Source of the DNA: Mobula hypostoma
Lineage: Eukaryota
Reading direction: 5' to 3'
Assembly (NCBI RefSeq): GCF_963921235.1
Contig: NC_086097.1
Span: 150,662,001 to 150,726,000 of the forward strand
DNA: 64,000 bases
In this document: positions 39,110 through 53,281 of the stretch, piece after piece
Numbering within the stretch: the first letter of the stretch is position 1
How the letters are laid out: every line of letters begins with the position of its first letter
Notes under the pieces: generated by a model
Told to the model about the DNA's origin: nothing
The model's input: only the letters and a program-made list of their open reading frames with translations
Databases searched by the model: none
Program-made: the position numbers and the translations under genes

Positions 39110-40250
39110 AATAAGCACTTCTATCTCCCCCACCTTTTAAGTCTACTCCTCAGCTTTTTATCTCCAGTCCTGCAGAAGGATCTCAGACCAAACTGTCGAT
39201 TGTACTCTTTTCTATAGATGCTGCCTGGCCTGCTGAGTTCCTCCAGCATTTTGTGTGTGTTGTTTCGATTTCCAGCATCTGCAGATTTTCTTGTGTTTCT
39301 GATTGGACTTCTATCTCTCCCACCATTTCACGCAAAGAACTCCAGACTGTGACCTGGTGAAATTTGTTCCTCACTTCCTTTTACTGCTTTAACAATTTAT
39401 CTTAAGTATATCCCACATATCCCCACTGATCTTTGACCACTCTTCAAAGAAATTTAGACGCTTCATACTGCAGATTTCTCATAAAGCCACTCAGCCTCCT
39501 CTGTCCAATCCTCAAAGCTTAGATTTTCCACATCTAGAACCATTTTACATCACACTTTGACCCCACCACTAGCCACATTTTCTCTTCCACAGTCTTTTCT
39601 TCTTTCCTCAGAGACTGCACCCCCCCCCATGACTCTCTCCTCACTCAACCCTCCTTGACCTTTGGCATTTTCTCCTACAACCACTGGAGGTGCAGCACTT
39701 GTCCCCAAACCTCCTTTCTCACCACCATCCAGGGACCCATACCATTCTAGGTCAGGCAAAGGTTCACATGCCTCACCTTCTGCTTTTGGTGATCCCAAAG
39801 TGTCCTCTACTACAATGGTGAGACCAAGTGCAGATTAGCCTTTGATTTGCAGAGGACTTACTTTCTGTCCACAGTGGAAATCCTGAGATCTTGATACATG
39901 TCATTTTAATGTCCAATTCCCACATTGATCTGTCAATTCTGGACTTTCTCCACTGTCAGGGTGAACTAGACTAGAGGAACATCTCATATTCTACTCAAGT
40001 AGTTTACAATCCAGTGGTATGAACACTGAATTTTCCACTTTCAGGCAAACCTTACCTCCTCTTTTTTTGTCTCCGTCCTTTCTCTCTACTTCTGATCCAC
40101 CTCGGTCCTCCCATATCTGTCCCATTTTCTCTTCCCCATCACCTATTCTCACCCCTCCCTCCCTGGTTCCATCTTCCTATTACTCTCACCAGATTTCCCA
40201 GATCCTTTCCCATCTTGTTCTATCTGCCCTTCACCTCTCTACAAATGGTT
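39110..40250 (+). mobile_element. Degraded PLE fragments (terminus with decayed hammerhead; GIY-YIG region)
   Basis: 39165-39300 resembles the PLE terminus; 39430-40050 resembles the Cys linker and endonuclease (GETK, LEEH, LQSSGMN). Confidence 0.65.
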
Positions 40251-41197
40251 CCCATTATCACTTGGACCTGTACTATTTTAAGATCAGAAAAAAATGAGAG
40301 ATAATTTCATAAAAATATACAGTGATAATTTACCCCAGCTTGGATGTCTAAGACCAGGGATCACACTCTAAAGGCAAACAACTTTCCTGTACTGTATCAT
40401 TTTATGTTAATTTTTAATATCCCAAAAATCAATAAATCTTTGTCTTGAACATACTTGGTAACTGAGCCTCTACAACCCAATTGAGTAGAGAATTCCAACG
40501 ATTCACCCACCCATGGGCTGAAGAAATTTCCTCTTTTTCAGAGTTAGAATCAGATTTATGATCACTAGACAACAAATTTCATATCATCTAAGTCAGCAAT
40601 GGGAACATTTGACCAAAACACAACTGGACTAGCTACATAAACATCAAAGCACAATATCTGATCAGAAAGCAGTTATTCCATAGCAAGTGGCTCACTTCTT
40701 GATATTCCAAAACCTTTCCATCATCCATAAGGCACAAGTTTGGGAGTATGATGGACAACCCTCCCGACTGAATGCAGGTCCAACCACTCAAGGAGATCAG
40801 CAACATGCAGGACAAAGCCTGACTGGTGTTCCATCAGCCACTTGAAACATTCATTCTCTCTGCCATCAGTGTGCAGTGGCTGCAGTCTTTACACTATTCA
40901 TTGCAGGTTTGCACAGACAGCATTTCCCCATATCCATAAATACTACCACCAAGAATGGCAAGGGCAGTAGATATGTCAGAATAGATTGGTTTGCCTTCAA
41001 GTTGCACCCATTTCTGATTTGGAATTATACTGTATGGTCATTGATTCTAAATCCTGGAATTCCATTCCCAACAAAACTGGGAGTACTTTCACCAGAAGAA
41101 CTGCAGGAGTTGTAGAAGGTCGCTTACTATTGCTTTCTCAAATAGAATTAGGGATGGATGATAAATGCAGACCTTGACAATGCAGAATCAGGTTTAA

Positions 41198-41854
41198 TGA
41201 AGAAGGCGAATGCAATGTTGGCATTCATTTCTAGAAGAATAGAGTATAGGAGCAGGGATGTGATGTTGAGCCTCTATAAGGCACTGGTGAGACCTCACTT
41301 GGAGTACTGTGGGCAGTTTTGGTCTCCTTATTTAAGAAAGGATGTGCTGACTTTGGAGAGGGTACAGAGAAGATTCACTAGAATGATTCCGGGAATGAGA
41401 GGGTTAACATATGAGGAACGTTTATCCGCTCTTGGACTGTATTCCTTGGAGTTTAGAAGAATGAGGGGAGACCTCATAGAAACATTTCGAATGTTGAAAA
41501 GCATGGACAGAGTGGATGTGGCAAAGTTGTTCCCCATGACGGGGGAGTCTAGTACGAGAGGACATGACTTAAGGATTGAAAGGCGCCCATTCAGAACAGA
41601 AATGCGAAGAAATTTTTTTAGTCAGAGGGTGGTGAATCTATGGAATTTGTTGCCATGGGCAGCAGTGGAGGGCAAGTCATTGGGTGTATTTAAGGAAGAG
41701 ATTGATAGGTATCTGAGTAGCCAGGGCATCAAAGGTTATGGTGAGAAGGCGGGGGAGTGGGACTAAATGGGAGAATGGATCAGCTCATGATAAAATGGTG
41801 GAGCAGACTCGATGGGCCGAATGGCTGACTTCTGCTCCTTTGTCTTATAGTCTT
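41198..41854 (+). mobile_element. CR1 subfamily C 3' fragment
   Basis: Nearly identical to 22550-23205; sits inside a minus-strand Rex-type 3' tail. Confidence 0.93.
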
Positions 41855-42169
41855 AATATATGTTGTGAAATTTGTTAACTTTGTGGCAGCAGTACAGTGC
41901 AATACATGAAAAATATAGGAAAAAAAACTGAATTACAGTAAGTATATCTGTATATTAAATAGTTAAATTAAGATTAGTGTAAAAACATAAATTTAAAAAT
42001 GCAGCTCGGATCCTGAAAAGTGACTTAATAAAATAATACTCATAGCACAGTGATTGCCCCCTTGTCTTTCTCACAGCTGCAGAGGTTGGTCAATTATTTA
42101 TCCCCCACCCCTCCATCTCATCTGTATACTCTGCTGCCAGATATCCAGTTGTATTTCCTGCCATAGTTT

Positions 42170-42420
42170 TATAAGAAATTAGCTTTATTTGTCTCATGCA
42201 CATCCAAGTCACCTTTTTGTGGAGGATTGTGCTGGGCAGCCTCAAAGGGTTGCCATGCTTCCAGCATTAACATGGCATGCCCACAATTAACTAACACTAA
42301 ACAGTACGTCTTTAGACTGTGGGAGGAAATTGGAGCACCCAGAGGAAACACACATCTTCATGGGAGAATGTACAAACTTACAGGTAACTGCAGGAATTGA
42401 AGCACGGTTGGTGCATCACT
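42170..42420 (-). mobile_element. V-SINE-like element
   Basis: GTTTCCTCTGGGTGCTCCAATTTCCTCCCACAGTCTAAAGAC on the minus strand. Confidence 0.7.
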
Positions 42421-43804
42421 ACAGTGACATCCCCTGTTTAAATCATGTTTCAGTAACAGCAGTGCCCTCAACTCATCTGCCTTATTCACTATACTTCATG
42501 CAATGAGGAATATACGTATTATCAAGCACCTCCAGCCTCTTTCTCGGTTTTTCCACTGCTTGTTTGCTTGTGTGAACTTTGGCCAAGGTTTTAATTTGGA
42601 ACAAGCAGGAAGTACTGGTGGAGAGTTAAGTATGAGATTAGAATCACTTGAATTGTATCATATTGGCTTTTGCCCAAAGCCAGCAGGAATGCAGTCAAAG
42701 CCAGAAGGCGGATTTTGGTAATTACACAAGGACTGGGAAGCACAGGGAGATCCCCAATAGACAAACCTAGGCTATGGGGTCTCAAAGGTACCTCGCAAGG
42801 CCCAGAGAAGGACCTCAAAGAATCCTGAAAGCAATAACAAAAATTTACTCCAGCTCTTATAATCAATTAATCAGCCATAATCTCACCTGATCTGTTACTC
42901 TATGATGCTAAAGGCATCAATTGTCTGTGACTTTAAAAAGTTATGTAGACTCTCAGTTGCTTGATAAACAATGATTATTTTGAACTAAGAGGGTATTGTG
43001 TTGGGATGCATTAGGAACAGGCCATAAAACCCATGATTGTGATGTTTAAATGACCAGAATATGCGAGTTATGTCAAAACGGACTTACAAATCTGAAATGA
43101 AGTTAAAATGGCTTATAATTCTACATCATTTTTATGTGCACTAACCATCCACAAAGGAAATAAAACTCAGGAACCAAAAGGAAAAAATTTAGGCTCCACA
43201 AGCCCACTCCAATTCCCTTTCCTTTCCTGAGGGATATTCATGGAGATGAAATTTATCTTATTCAGTGATGCAAAAGGGGGTGATTTTTGCACTGGCTGCA
43301 TCCCCTCAAGGTTAAATTTTACCACAATGTCTATAAGGAAAATGCTGCAATACATTCCATTGCATGGATAAGCTGGACAACTAACTGCCTTTATTGCTAT
43401 AAGCAATGTCCAAAGCAGCTTTGTTAATGTGTGTAAGAGGGTCTATAATGCAGTTACTGTTTAATATATCTATGCTTTGATTTACATTGTGTCCGTGTAC
43501 ATAATCTGTACCTTATAAACTATTTTAAAGACAGCATAAAATTGTGTCAGAATTCATTTGAAACATGGAAGTTCATGTAATAAATACTTTTACTGCTTCA
43601 AAAGCCATTAGAATGACTTTATGGAGGTCATTTGAACCTTTCTCAGCAGTTACAAGCATTAAGCAATGCAATAGAGCTAAGCAGACAAATGCAAGGACAA
43701 AACATTGGTAACTGTGTTGATCAGCTTGGCTCCTGAGATAGCTGATTAGAAACATGTTTTGGACCATCTTGATTCAGTCTGTGAGACATGGATTCAGTCT
43801 GTGG

Positions 43805-44102
43805 GCTGCATGGTAGCATAGCACTTAACACAACCAGCTGTAAGATCAGAGCTGTATTTCTAACTCTACCTGTAAGGAATTTGTACATTCTCCCCATGAC
43901 CACATGGTTTCCTCTGAGTGCTCCAGTTTCCTCCTACATTTCAAAGATGTACAGTTAAGGGTTAATGAGTCGTGGGCTTGCTATGTTGGTGCTAGAAATG
44001 TGTCGACATCTGCCCAGCACAATCTTTGCTGCTTTTATTTGATGCACAATGACACATTTCACCATATGTTTTTGATATACATGTGAAAAATAAAGTTAAT
44101 CT
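43805..44102 (+). mobile_element. V-SINE-like element
   Basis: GGTTTCCTCTGAGTGCTCCAGTTTCCTCCTACATTTCAAAGA; 3' AATAAAGTTAATC; same family as 42170-42420. Confidence 0.7.
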
Positions 44103-44460
44103 TTACCCTTCTCTTCTATCAAGAAATAGCAGGGTGCGCAGGATACAGTAAAAACACTTCAGAACCAGTTACCTCTCTTGGCAAGGTGTTCTAATAAGGT
44201 TGCAACACTGGTATGCACTTAACAAAGTGGAAAATTACCTAGTTTTGTCTTGTGTGTAAAAATATACAAGAAATCCAATTAGTCTGATGTCAATCGTCAA
44301 CAATAGTCAGTGATTGACTATTGATAGCATCAGGGAGCCCTATTAAAACTGAAGATGATGGCCAGCAAGAGGAAAATACACCAGTGTTTGAAGTTGTGCC
44401 TTACTTGTTGGAGGTCAATTACCTCAGTCTCAGGGTCCTACCTCAGGAATTCCTGTAGCC

Positions 44461-44541
44461 TAGGGATTCCTAAACCTGGGGTGCATGAACCCCTTGCTTG
44501 ATGGTATTGGACCATGGTGTAAAAAAGGTTGGGAACCCCTG
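44461..44541. mobile_element. 81-bp hAT MITE inside an old LINE RT remnant
   Basis: TIR-like TAGGGATTCCTAAACC and GGTTGGGAACCCCTG; flanks CTGTAGCC and CCCTAGCC (6/8 match). Confidence 0.7.
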
Positions 44542-47304
44542 CCCTAGCCCAACCACCCTCAGCCACTTCATACTTCCACCCTTAAGGTCAGAAGTGAGAA
44601 TTTTTAGTGATGTTTGAACAATGTTCATTACTATCTGCATCTCCTCAGCAGAGGAATAAGTCCATACTTCCATAAGGCAAAATTTAGATAACATTCAGGT
44701 TTTGCTGATAAGTGACACTGGACCATAAAAATGCCGTGCAGTAACCATTTTCAACGGTATCAGATCTAACCACTTAACCTTGAATTCAAGTGCATTAACA
44801 TTCTTAAATCTCTCATTATTAATGCTCTGCGGTCACCACTGACTAGCAACCAAATTATATCTGCCACAAAGATAGTAGCTACCAATGCAGGTGGGTTTCC
44901 TGCTGCGAAGGACTCTCCTCCTGACACCTTGCAGCAAAGCAGGATCATGATGGAATACTGTGCATATATCCATATCAATGCAGCTGCAATAACTGTGATT
45001 GGTCTGACAGCTCCTCATCACTTAGGCAGAGTAAACCTACCTGAATGATGCCCCATCCACCAACCTGAATATCATTCCCCACACTTTTAAAACATACTCC
45101 ATTTTGCTTTTGCCCACCATCATCCTACTTACTTACCTTTAACCTTCAAAACAAAGTTGAGCCCTCAGCTAACATTCCATCCAAATACTGGGCCTTCCGC
45201 AATGCAACATCACCTTTATTATTCTGTGTCATCTTGAGTTCTTAACATAAAAGATCTTTGTAACTCCCAAGGGTCCTATGAATTCAAATGAGGACACAGA
45301 ACAGAAAGGTTTCTTTGTCAGCTTAGATGGTAGAATGCAGCATTAATATAAACAGAAAAGCAAGTCCATTGATGTGTTGACCTAAAATAACTTTTAGCTA
45401 TCCTCTAACTTCTAATCTGGGACATGCCATGACTGTATTTATGTAATTCTGTCCTTACTTTCTTCAACTGAAACCTCAAGTTGAAACTCTGTACCAGGAA
45501 GCCATGTCTAATGCAATGGATGGGATTGTTTATTAAATTTTAATAAATAGCTTTTGATTACTTTTATAAAAGCAACTTAAAATCAGTTAATTATCATTTC
45601 ACCACCTTTTAACCTAGCATGAATAAATATGTTAAAATGCTCAGTTCTCCTCCCTTAAGTGAAAACATGATTAGACAAAGAAAACCCACAGCAGTTCTCA
45701 GGTAGTATTTCTGAAGTATATCTACGTGATACAGGTCCTCAGTTTCATCCAGCAAAGTTTCACTAATAATATTGATATAGTTGGAATGCTGCAAGTTATG
45801 ATCCATAAAGCATTATAATCAAGTATAAGAAATTTTGTGGTCCAACTATCTGATTCTGAATACAATACTTTTATAGCATGTTAATCAGCAAAGGTGTCAA
45901 AATGCTTGTTGTGATGTGTTTAGTGTGGTAATGTAGTGGGTAGTGCTTGTCACTCTCACTTTCAGCTCCCACTGCTGGCTAGCAGTCTTGAAAAAAGGAG
46001 AGCTGAATGTGTAAGTCTCTCTCTGCCCAGTACATAGCCTGTCCAACAGCAAGCCTCGTGTAGTGCCCCCTCGTTGGTGACACATGGAAACTATACTCCT
46101 TTTGGACTCAGGCTGAACTACAGAGGGTGGGGAGGAGGTATGGTCCCTGCACATGAAGCACGCAGGCCCACCGATATAGACACGCTCTGGTGCTCATGAA
46201 CCAGATCCCCAGCTATGGTTAGATAGCCCCACTTCCTTGTGGGCAGCCTTGGAAAAGACAAAGACTATGGGAGTAAGCCCAGACAAATCCAGAGTGGAGC
46301 CCCTAAGGCAGCTGGATATCATTGAACGTCCTTCTGGCAGCTCCTGCAGCCAAGCTGTGCCAAACATATTGATTCCTTTTTGGACTACAGTGGTGAGGCC
46401 AAGAGGGTGATCTTGATGACTGGGCAACTCAGGATCTCCATACTTGCCGCCCAGGCTTGTGATGATAATCATCATCACCCATTGTCCTTTGAGACAACCA
46501 TTTGACCAATCAGCAAAGAAGCAAAGACAGGTTAACTATAGAATCATTCAGCAAAGGGGCCACTGAGTGCATCAGCATTGCTGTCTCTTCCCATTCTTTT
46601 GGTTTTACTCAAATCTCTGCAAATCTTCTAGTTTTATGTACAGATTTTGTTTCCCTCTATGTTAATATTGAACATGTATCTACACCCTTTCAGGCAGTAC
46701 ATTCCAAATAATAGCAATTTGCTTCATTATGTTCTCTCAATCTCTCCAATGCTTCTAATAAATTGACTTGTTGAGTCTCTCCAGGACTTCCTCCTTTACA
46801 AGTTGCCACAGGGATCAGAAATACCTACGTTCCCCATCCTAATGAATATGGAAGGATCTAGCTTGGAAATGTAGGCTGGCTTTAGATTTATTTATTTTTA
46901 GGATGTATGTATTATCAGAAATGTCATCACTTATTTCCCACTGGAAGGTGGTGAATGGCAAATTTCTTGAAACTGCAGTTCTTCTGGTGAAGGTGTTCCT
47001 GCAATGCTGTTGAGTGTGGAGTTATAGGATTTTGACGTAACTACAAATAAAGTACGGCAACATTGTTCTAGGAACATGTGCAACTTGGTGGGGATGCTCC
47101 AGCCCTTAGAGACAGGCATGTCATTGGCAAAGTGCGCACACGATGTTGAGAATAAGAAACCTTTGATTATTTCCTGAGAAGTTACGTACAACTACTTCGC
47201 AAATAAAGTTTTTAGACTGAAACATGGCATTGAGATTTACAAAACAAAAAGATTTTAAAAAGATCAAGTCAGCAGCTTGCTTTAGAAGAACTTGTATGTT
47301 AAAC

Positions 47305-48713
47305 TTGCAAATGTCACTCCGCTATTTCAGAAGGGCGCAAGGGAGCAAAAACGAAATTATAGACCTGTTAGCTTGACATCGGTGGTTGGGAAGTTGTTGG
47401 AGTTGATTGTCAAGGATGAGGTTATGGAGTACCTGGAGGCAGAACTCAGCATGGTTTCCTTAAAGGAAAATCTTGCCTGACAAACCTATTACAATTTTTT
47501 GAGGAAATTACAAGTAGGCTAGACAAGGGAGATGCAGTGGATGTTGTGTATTTGGATTTTCAGAAGGCCTTTGACAAGATAAGAGCCTATGGAATTATGG
47601 GAAAGTTACATACGTGGATAGAGCGTTGGCTGATTGGCAGGAAACAGAGAGTGGGAATAAAGGGATCCTAATCTGGTTGACTACCGGTTACCAGTGGTGT
47701 TCCACAGGGGTCCGTGTTGGGGCCGCTTCTTTTTATGTTGTACATCAACGATTTGGATTATGGAATAGATGGCTTTGTGGCTAAGTTTGCTGACAATATG
47801 AAGATAGGTTGAGGGGCCGGTAGTGCTGAGGAAACAGAGAGTCTGCAGAGAGACTTGGATAGATTGGGAGAATGGGCAAAGAATTGGCAAATGAAATAGA
47901 ATGTTGGAAAGTGTATGGTTATGCACTTCGGCAGAAGAAATAAACGGCCAGAGTATTATTTAAATGGGGAGAGAATTCAAAGTTCTGAGATGCAACAGGA
48001 CTTGGAAGTCCTCGTGCAGGATACCCTTAAGGTTAACCTCCAGGTTTAGTCGGTGATGAAGAAGGCGGATGCAATGTTGGCATTCATTTCTAGAGGAATA
48101 GAGTATAGGAGCAGGGATGTGATGTTGCGGCTCTATAAGGCACTGGTAAGACCTCACTTGGAGTACTGTGTGCAGTTTTGAGCTCCTTATTTAAGAAAGG
48201 ATGTGCTGACATTGGAGAGGGTTCAGAGAAGATTCACTAGAATGATTCCGGGAATGAGAGGGTTAACATATGAGAAATGTTTGACCACTCTTGGACTGTA
48301 CCCCTTGGAGTTTAGAAGAATGGGGGGGGACCTCATAGAAACATTTCGAATGTTGAAAGGCATGGACAGAGTGGATGTGGCAAAGTTGTTTCCCATGGTG
48401 GGGGAGTCTAGTACAAGAGGACACGGCTTAAGGATTGAAGGGCGCCCATTCTGAACAGAGATACAAAGAAATTTTTTTGGCCAGAGGGTGGTGAATCTAT
48501 GGAATTTGTTGCCATGGGCGGCAGTGGAGGCCAAGTCATTGGGTGTATTTAAGGCAGAGATTGATAGGTATTTGAGTAGCCAGGGCATCAAAGGTTATGG
48601 TGAGAAGGCTGGTGAGTGGGACTAAATGGGAAAATGGATCAGCTCTTGATAAAATGGTGGAGCAGACTCGATGGACCGAGTGGCCGACTTCTGCTCCTTT
48701 GTCTTATGGTCTT
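47305..48713 (+). mobile_element. CR1 subfamily C, 5'-truncated, small internal deletions
   Basis: Similar to 21754-23205; TSD AATGTCAC at 47310-47317 and 48714-48721. Confidence 0.93.
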
Positions 48714-49521
48714 AATGTCACAGAGTCATAGATTTAATTGATGAAAGAATTAGTGAGAAGCTAAGGAAAAAAGTCATTGTAAGATTGAAAGCTAGGAAGT
48801 CGGTGTAACCAAGATAACTCAACCTTTGGCTGACAGGGACACAATGAGATTGAATGGCTTCCTGCTATGCATTAATTTCTGTGTTCCAATAATTGCTTGA
48901 AAATTAGTACATGTTTTTTGATGAAATTTTGATCAATATCTTTAAACAAAAAAAAGTGTAATTATCTATAAATGTGGTGGGTTGGATGAATGTTCTTAAC
49001 TGAATTTCTGCAGCTTAAATTATAGACTTGTGGATATTAAACATCTGAAATGAAAACAAAGAGAACTGAAAAAAACTATTATGTGGTGTCCTAATAATGG
49101 GGGCAGGGTTGTGGGACGGGAGAGAGAGGAGGAGATAAAGTGACTAGAGTAAGAAAAAGGTCAGTGACAGCAGCTTTTAGTAGCTTCAAGAGAAATCAGC
49201 CATTGTTTCATTGAAAAGGAATATATTTTGCTTTTTTAAAATTTATATTTAGGATCTTAAGGGGGAACTGATGGCCAAAAGAGTCTATTAATGAGTTTAT
49301 TTCCTGTTAAAACTTTTCAACATTTAAAACATTTCCTTTGAAAGTCCTAAGTGAATAAGGTTTGGGCAGATATTGAGGTGGACGGAGGCTTATGTTTCAA
49401 CTATTACTTACTGTGTGGAACCTTATGAGTGGGTTTTAAACAATATGCACAGTTACTAGTATAAAACTGTAGATCTGTCAGTATAGAAATGACATCCATT
49501 ATGAAAATAAAGTATTATGTC

Positions 49522-50168
49522 AGAACATAGAGTATAGAAAAGTACATCACAGTACAGACCCTTTAGTCCTTAATGTTGTGTCAACCTTTTAGCCTACTCC
49601 AAGATCAACCTAACCCTTCCTCTTACAAAATCTTCCATTTATCTATCATCTGCAAGCCTATCTAAGAGTCTCTTAAATGTCTTTAATATTTCTGCCTCTA
49701 CCACCATTCTTGGCAGCACAATCAACACAACTACCACTCTCTGTGTGAAAAAAACCTACCCCTGACAATTTCCCTATACTTTCCTCCCAATCACCTTAAA
49801 ATTATGCCCACTTGTATTAGACATTTCAGGTAACAAGTCCCTGGCTGTCCACTCAATATATGCCTCTTATCTTCTACACCTCTATCAAGTCACTTTTCTT
49901 CCTCTTTCACTCCAAAGAGAATATCTCTAGCTCATTCAAGCTATCCTCAAAGATATGCTCTCTAATCCAGACAGCATCTTGGTTAATTACCTCTGCGTTC
50001 TCTCCAAAGCTTCCACATCCTTCCTATAATGAGATGACCAGAACTGAACACAATACACCAAGATGTAGTCTAACCACCCTATCACTTCACACTTTTCTGG
50101 GTTGAATTCCATCTGCTGCTTTTCAGCCCAGTTCTACATCCTATCAATGTCCCAATATAACCTACAGT
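49522..50168 (-). mobile_element. Old CR1 3' fragment
   Basis: CATAGA tail and degenerate RT C-terminus. Confidence 0.7.
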
Positions 50169-50309
50169 ATGTTGTGTAAAAGAATGTTATGCACATTTGC
50201 AATCAAGACATAGTATCAGTAGCTTACATTATTTATTCAATTCGTTTCTTTGTGAAACACCAGCTCTAACATAATAAACCAAGATGACTCTGGTGACATA
50301 CACGGCATT

Positions 50310-52166
50310 TAGAAACACAGAATAGTACAGCACAGTACAGGCCCTTCGGCCCACAATGTTGTGCCGACCCTCAAACCCTGCCTCCCGTATAAGCCCTCAC
50401 CTTAGATTCCTCCATATACCTGTCTAGTAGTCTCTTAAACTTCACTAGTGTATCTGCCTCCACCACTGACTCAGGCAGTGCATTCCACGCACCAACCACT
50501 CTCTGAGTAAAAAACCTTCCTCTAATATCCCCCTTGAACTTCCCACACCTTACCTTAAAGCCATGTCCTCTTGTATTGAGCAGTGGTGCCCTGGGGAAGA
50601 AGCGCTGGCTATCCACTCTATCTATTCTTCTTATTATCTTGTACATCTCTATCGTGTCTCCTCTCATCCTCCTTCTCTCCAAAGAGTAAAGCCCTAGCTC
50701 CCTTAATCTCTGATCATAATGCATACTTTCTAAACCAGGCAGCATCCTGGTAAATCTCCTCTATACCCTTTCCAATGCTTCAACATCCTTCCTATAGTGA
50801 GGTGACCAGAACTGGACACAGTACTCCAAGTGTGGCCTAACCAGAGTTTTATAGAGCTGCATCATTACATCGCGACTCTTAAACTCTATCCCTCGACTTA
50901 TGAAAGCTAACACCCCATAAGCTTTCTTAACTACCCTATCCACCTGTGAGGCAACTTTCAGGGATCTGTAGACATGTACCCTGAGATCCCTCTGCTCCTC
51001 CACACTACCAAGTATCCTGCCATTTACTTTGTACTCTGCCTTGGAGTTTGTCCTTCCAAAGTGTACCACCTCACACTTCTCCGGGTTGAACTCCATCTGC
51101 CACTTCTCAGCCCACTTCTGCATTCTATCAATGTCTCTCTGCGATCTTTGACAATCCTCTACACTATCTACAACACCACCAACCTTTGTGTTGTCTGCAA
51201 ACTTGCCAACCCACCCTTCTACCCCCACATCCAGGTCGTTAATAAAAATCACGAAAAGTAGTGGTCCCAGAATAGATCCTTGTGGGACACCACTAGTCAC
51301 AATCCTCCAATCTAAATGTACTCCCTCCACCACCACCCTCTGCCTTCTGCAGGCAAGCCAATTCTGAACCCACCTGGCCAAACTTCCCTGGATCCCATGC
51401 CTTCTGACTTTCTGAATAAGCCTACCGTGTGGAACCTTGTCAAATGCCTTACTAAAATCCATATAGATCACATCCACTGCACTACCCTCATCTATATGCC
51501 TGGTCACCTCCTCAAAGAACTCTATCAGGCTTGTTAGACACGATCTGCCCTTCACAAAGCCATGCTGACTGTCCCTGATCAGACCATGATTCTCTAAATG
51601 CCTATAGATCCTATCTCTAAGAATCTTCTCCAACAGCTTTCCCACCACAGCCGTAAGGCTCACTGGTCTATAATTACCCGGACTACCCCTACTACCTTTT
51701 TTGAACAAGGGAACAACATTCGCCTCCCTCCAATCCTCCGGTACCATTCCCGTGGACAACGAGGACATAAAGATCCTAGCCAGAGGCTCAGCAATCTCTT
51801 CTCTCGCCTCGTGGAGCAGCCTGGGGAATATTCCGTCAGGCCCCTGGGACTTATCTGTCCTAATGTATTTTAACAACTCCAACACCTCCTCTCCCTTAAT
51901 ATCAGCATGCTCCAGAACATCAACCTCACTCATATTGTCCTCACCATCATCAAGTTTCCTCTCATTGGTGAATACCGAAGAGAAGTATTCATTGAGGACC
52001 TCGCTCACTTCCACAGCCTCCAGGCACATCTTCCCACCTTTATCTCTAATCAGTCCTACCTTCATTCCTGTCATCCTTTTCTCCTTCACATAATTGAAGA
52101 ATGCCTTGGGGTTTTCCTTTACCCTACTCGCCAAGGCCTTCTCATGCCCCCTTCTTGCTCTTCTCA
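50310..52166 (-). mobile_element. CR1 subfamily B, 5'-truncated, near-intact RT
   Basis: 468-aa ORF 50761..52167 with RT motifs (FADD changed to FADN) plus a C-terminal ORF; closely similar to 5928-7790. Confidence 0.95.
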
Positions 52167-53281
52167 TAATTGCTCTTAATTGCTTCTCATAATTGCTCTT
52201 TTGTGGGCAGCTCGCAGACCTAATATTCTATTAGATTCCCTACAACCCATAACCTTTAATTTCCCTTTAAGAAATGTACTTTTGAACTGTCTGCACAAAC
52301 CATCAATTCTACGTCTCTTGAAGGACCAGGCAAAGTTGACTTTCAGGAATGCACACAAACTGGACTTTCTCGAAGCCATGAAGGTTATCCATCGCGGGGA
52401 TGGACTTCAAGCCAGATTAAAGCATCAAATTCGAGAGCAGAAGATGAACCATCTGCCTGCATTTGGTCAGTTTCCCTCTCTTCTCACTAGTACCATCTAT
52501 TGGAAGGTGCAGGAGTCTTGGAGCAATGGAATCATGTTCATGAACAATTATTACCCTACAAGCTTTGGGCTTTTGGACCTCCATGGATGGCTTCCCTCAC
52601 CTCTGCACTGGATTGACTACACAGCCCATAGAATCAATTTCAGGGACTCTGACTTTGTTATGTATAGTTTTTTATGGATTCTAATAGTTCTCTATTTTCC
52701 TGTGGCTGCCTGCAAGAAAATAAATCTCAAGGTTGTATTTGGTAGGCATACTTTGATATTAAATTTACTTTGAACTGTGATAAATGTTAAGCATCTTACA
52801 CTTACGCCACTGATGGCACATAAAACATGAGTAGATATCATGATAGGCATCTAAAGGAATCACAAAGATATTTGCAATCAATTTTCCAAAGCACTTGGTT
52901 CAAGTTTCGAGTTCCAACCACAGAGCCACTATACGTAAAGCTTTGTGTCTTTTTGAGGAGTGTGATAAAATATTGACAGAACAAGCATTATCTGAGTGGT
53001 GCTGTATTACAGAAAGTTCAAATGTAATGCTGCAGGATTTGATCGTCTGCTTAACATAATTGCATTAACCTTTATGTTTAATGTCCATGTGGACTACATT
53101 TGGGAAAGGTTGAACTATGGGCTTATTATAGCTTTGAGCTTTTAAGTGACAATTCAGGTCAATGTATTCTGACCCCGAGATAAAAGAAAATACAATTGTT
53201 GGGGCGGGGGTACCTTCCAGCCATTACTTTCAAGACTGCTTGGTAGAAAGATCATTTATAAGGCATTTCTGAATCAATCTC

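Noticed and set aside
45609..45806. Short ORF with protein-like composition (LLDETEDLYHVDILQKYYLR)
   Set aside because: No family I can identify; the length is compatible with chance.
45930..46500. GC-richer island that may be an unclassified repeat
   Set aside because: No TIR, TSD, Pol III box or coding motif I can support.
50761..52167. 468-aa RT ORF as an active or domesticated gene
   Set aside because: 5'-truncated copy, catalytic FADD changed to FADN, and a stop before the C-terminus.
52180..52773. 197-aa ORF
   Set aside because: Appears to run through degraded LINE 3' sequence; no coherent domain.
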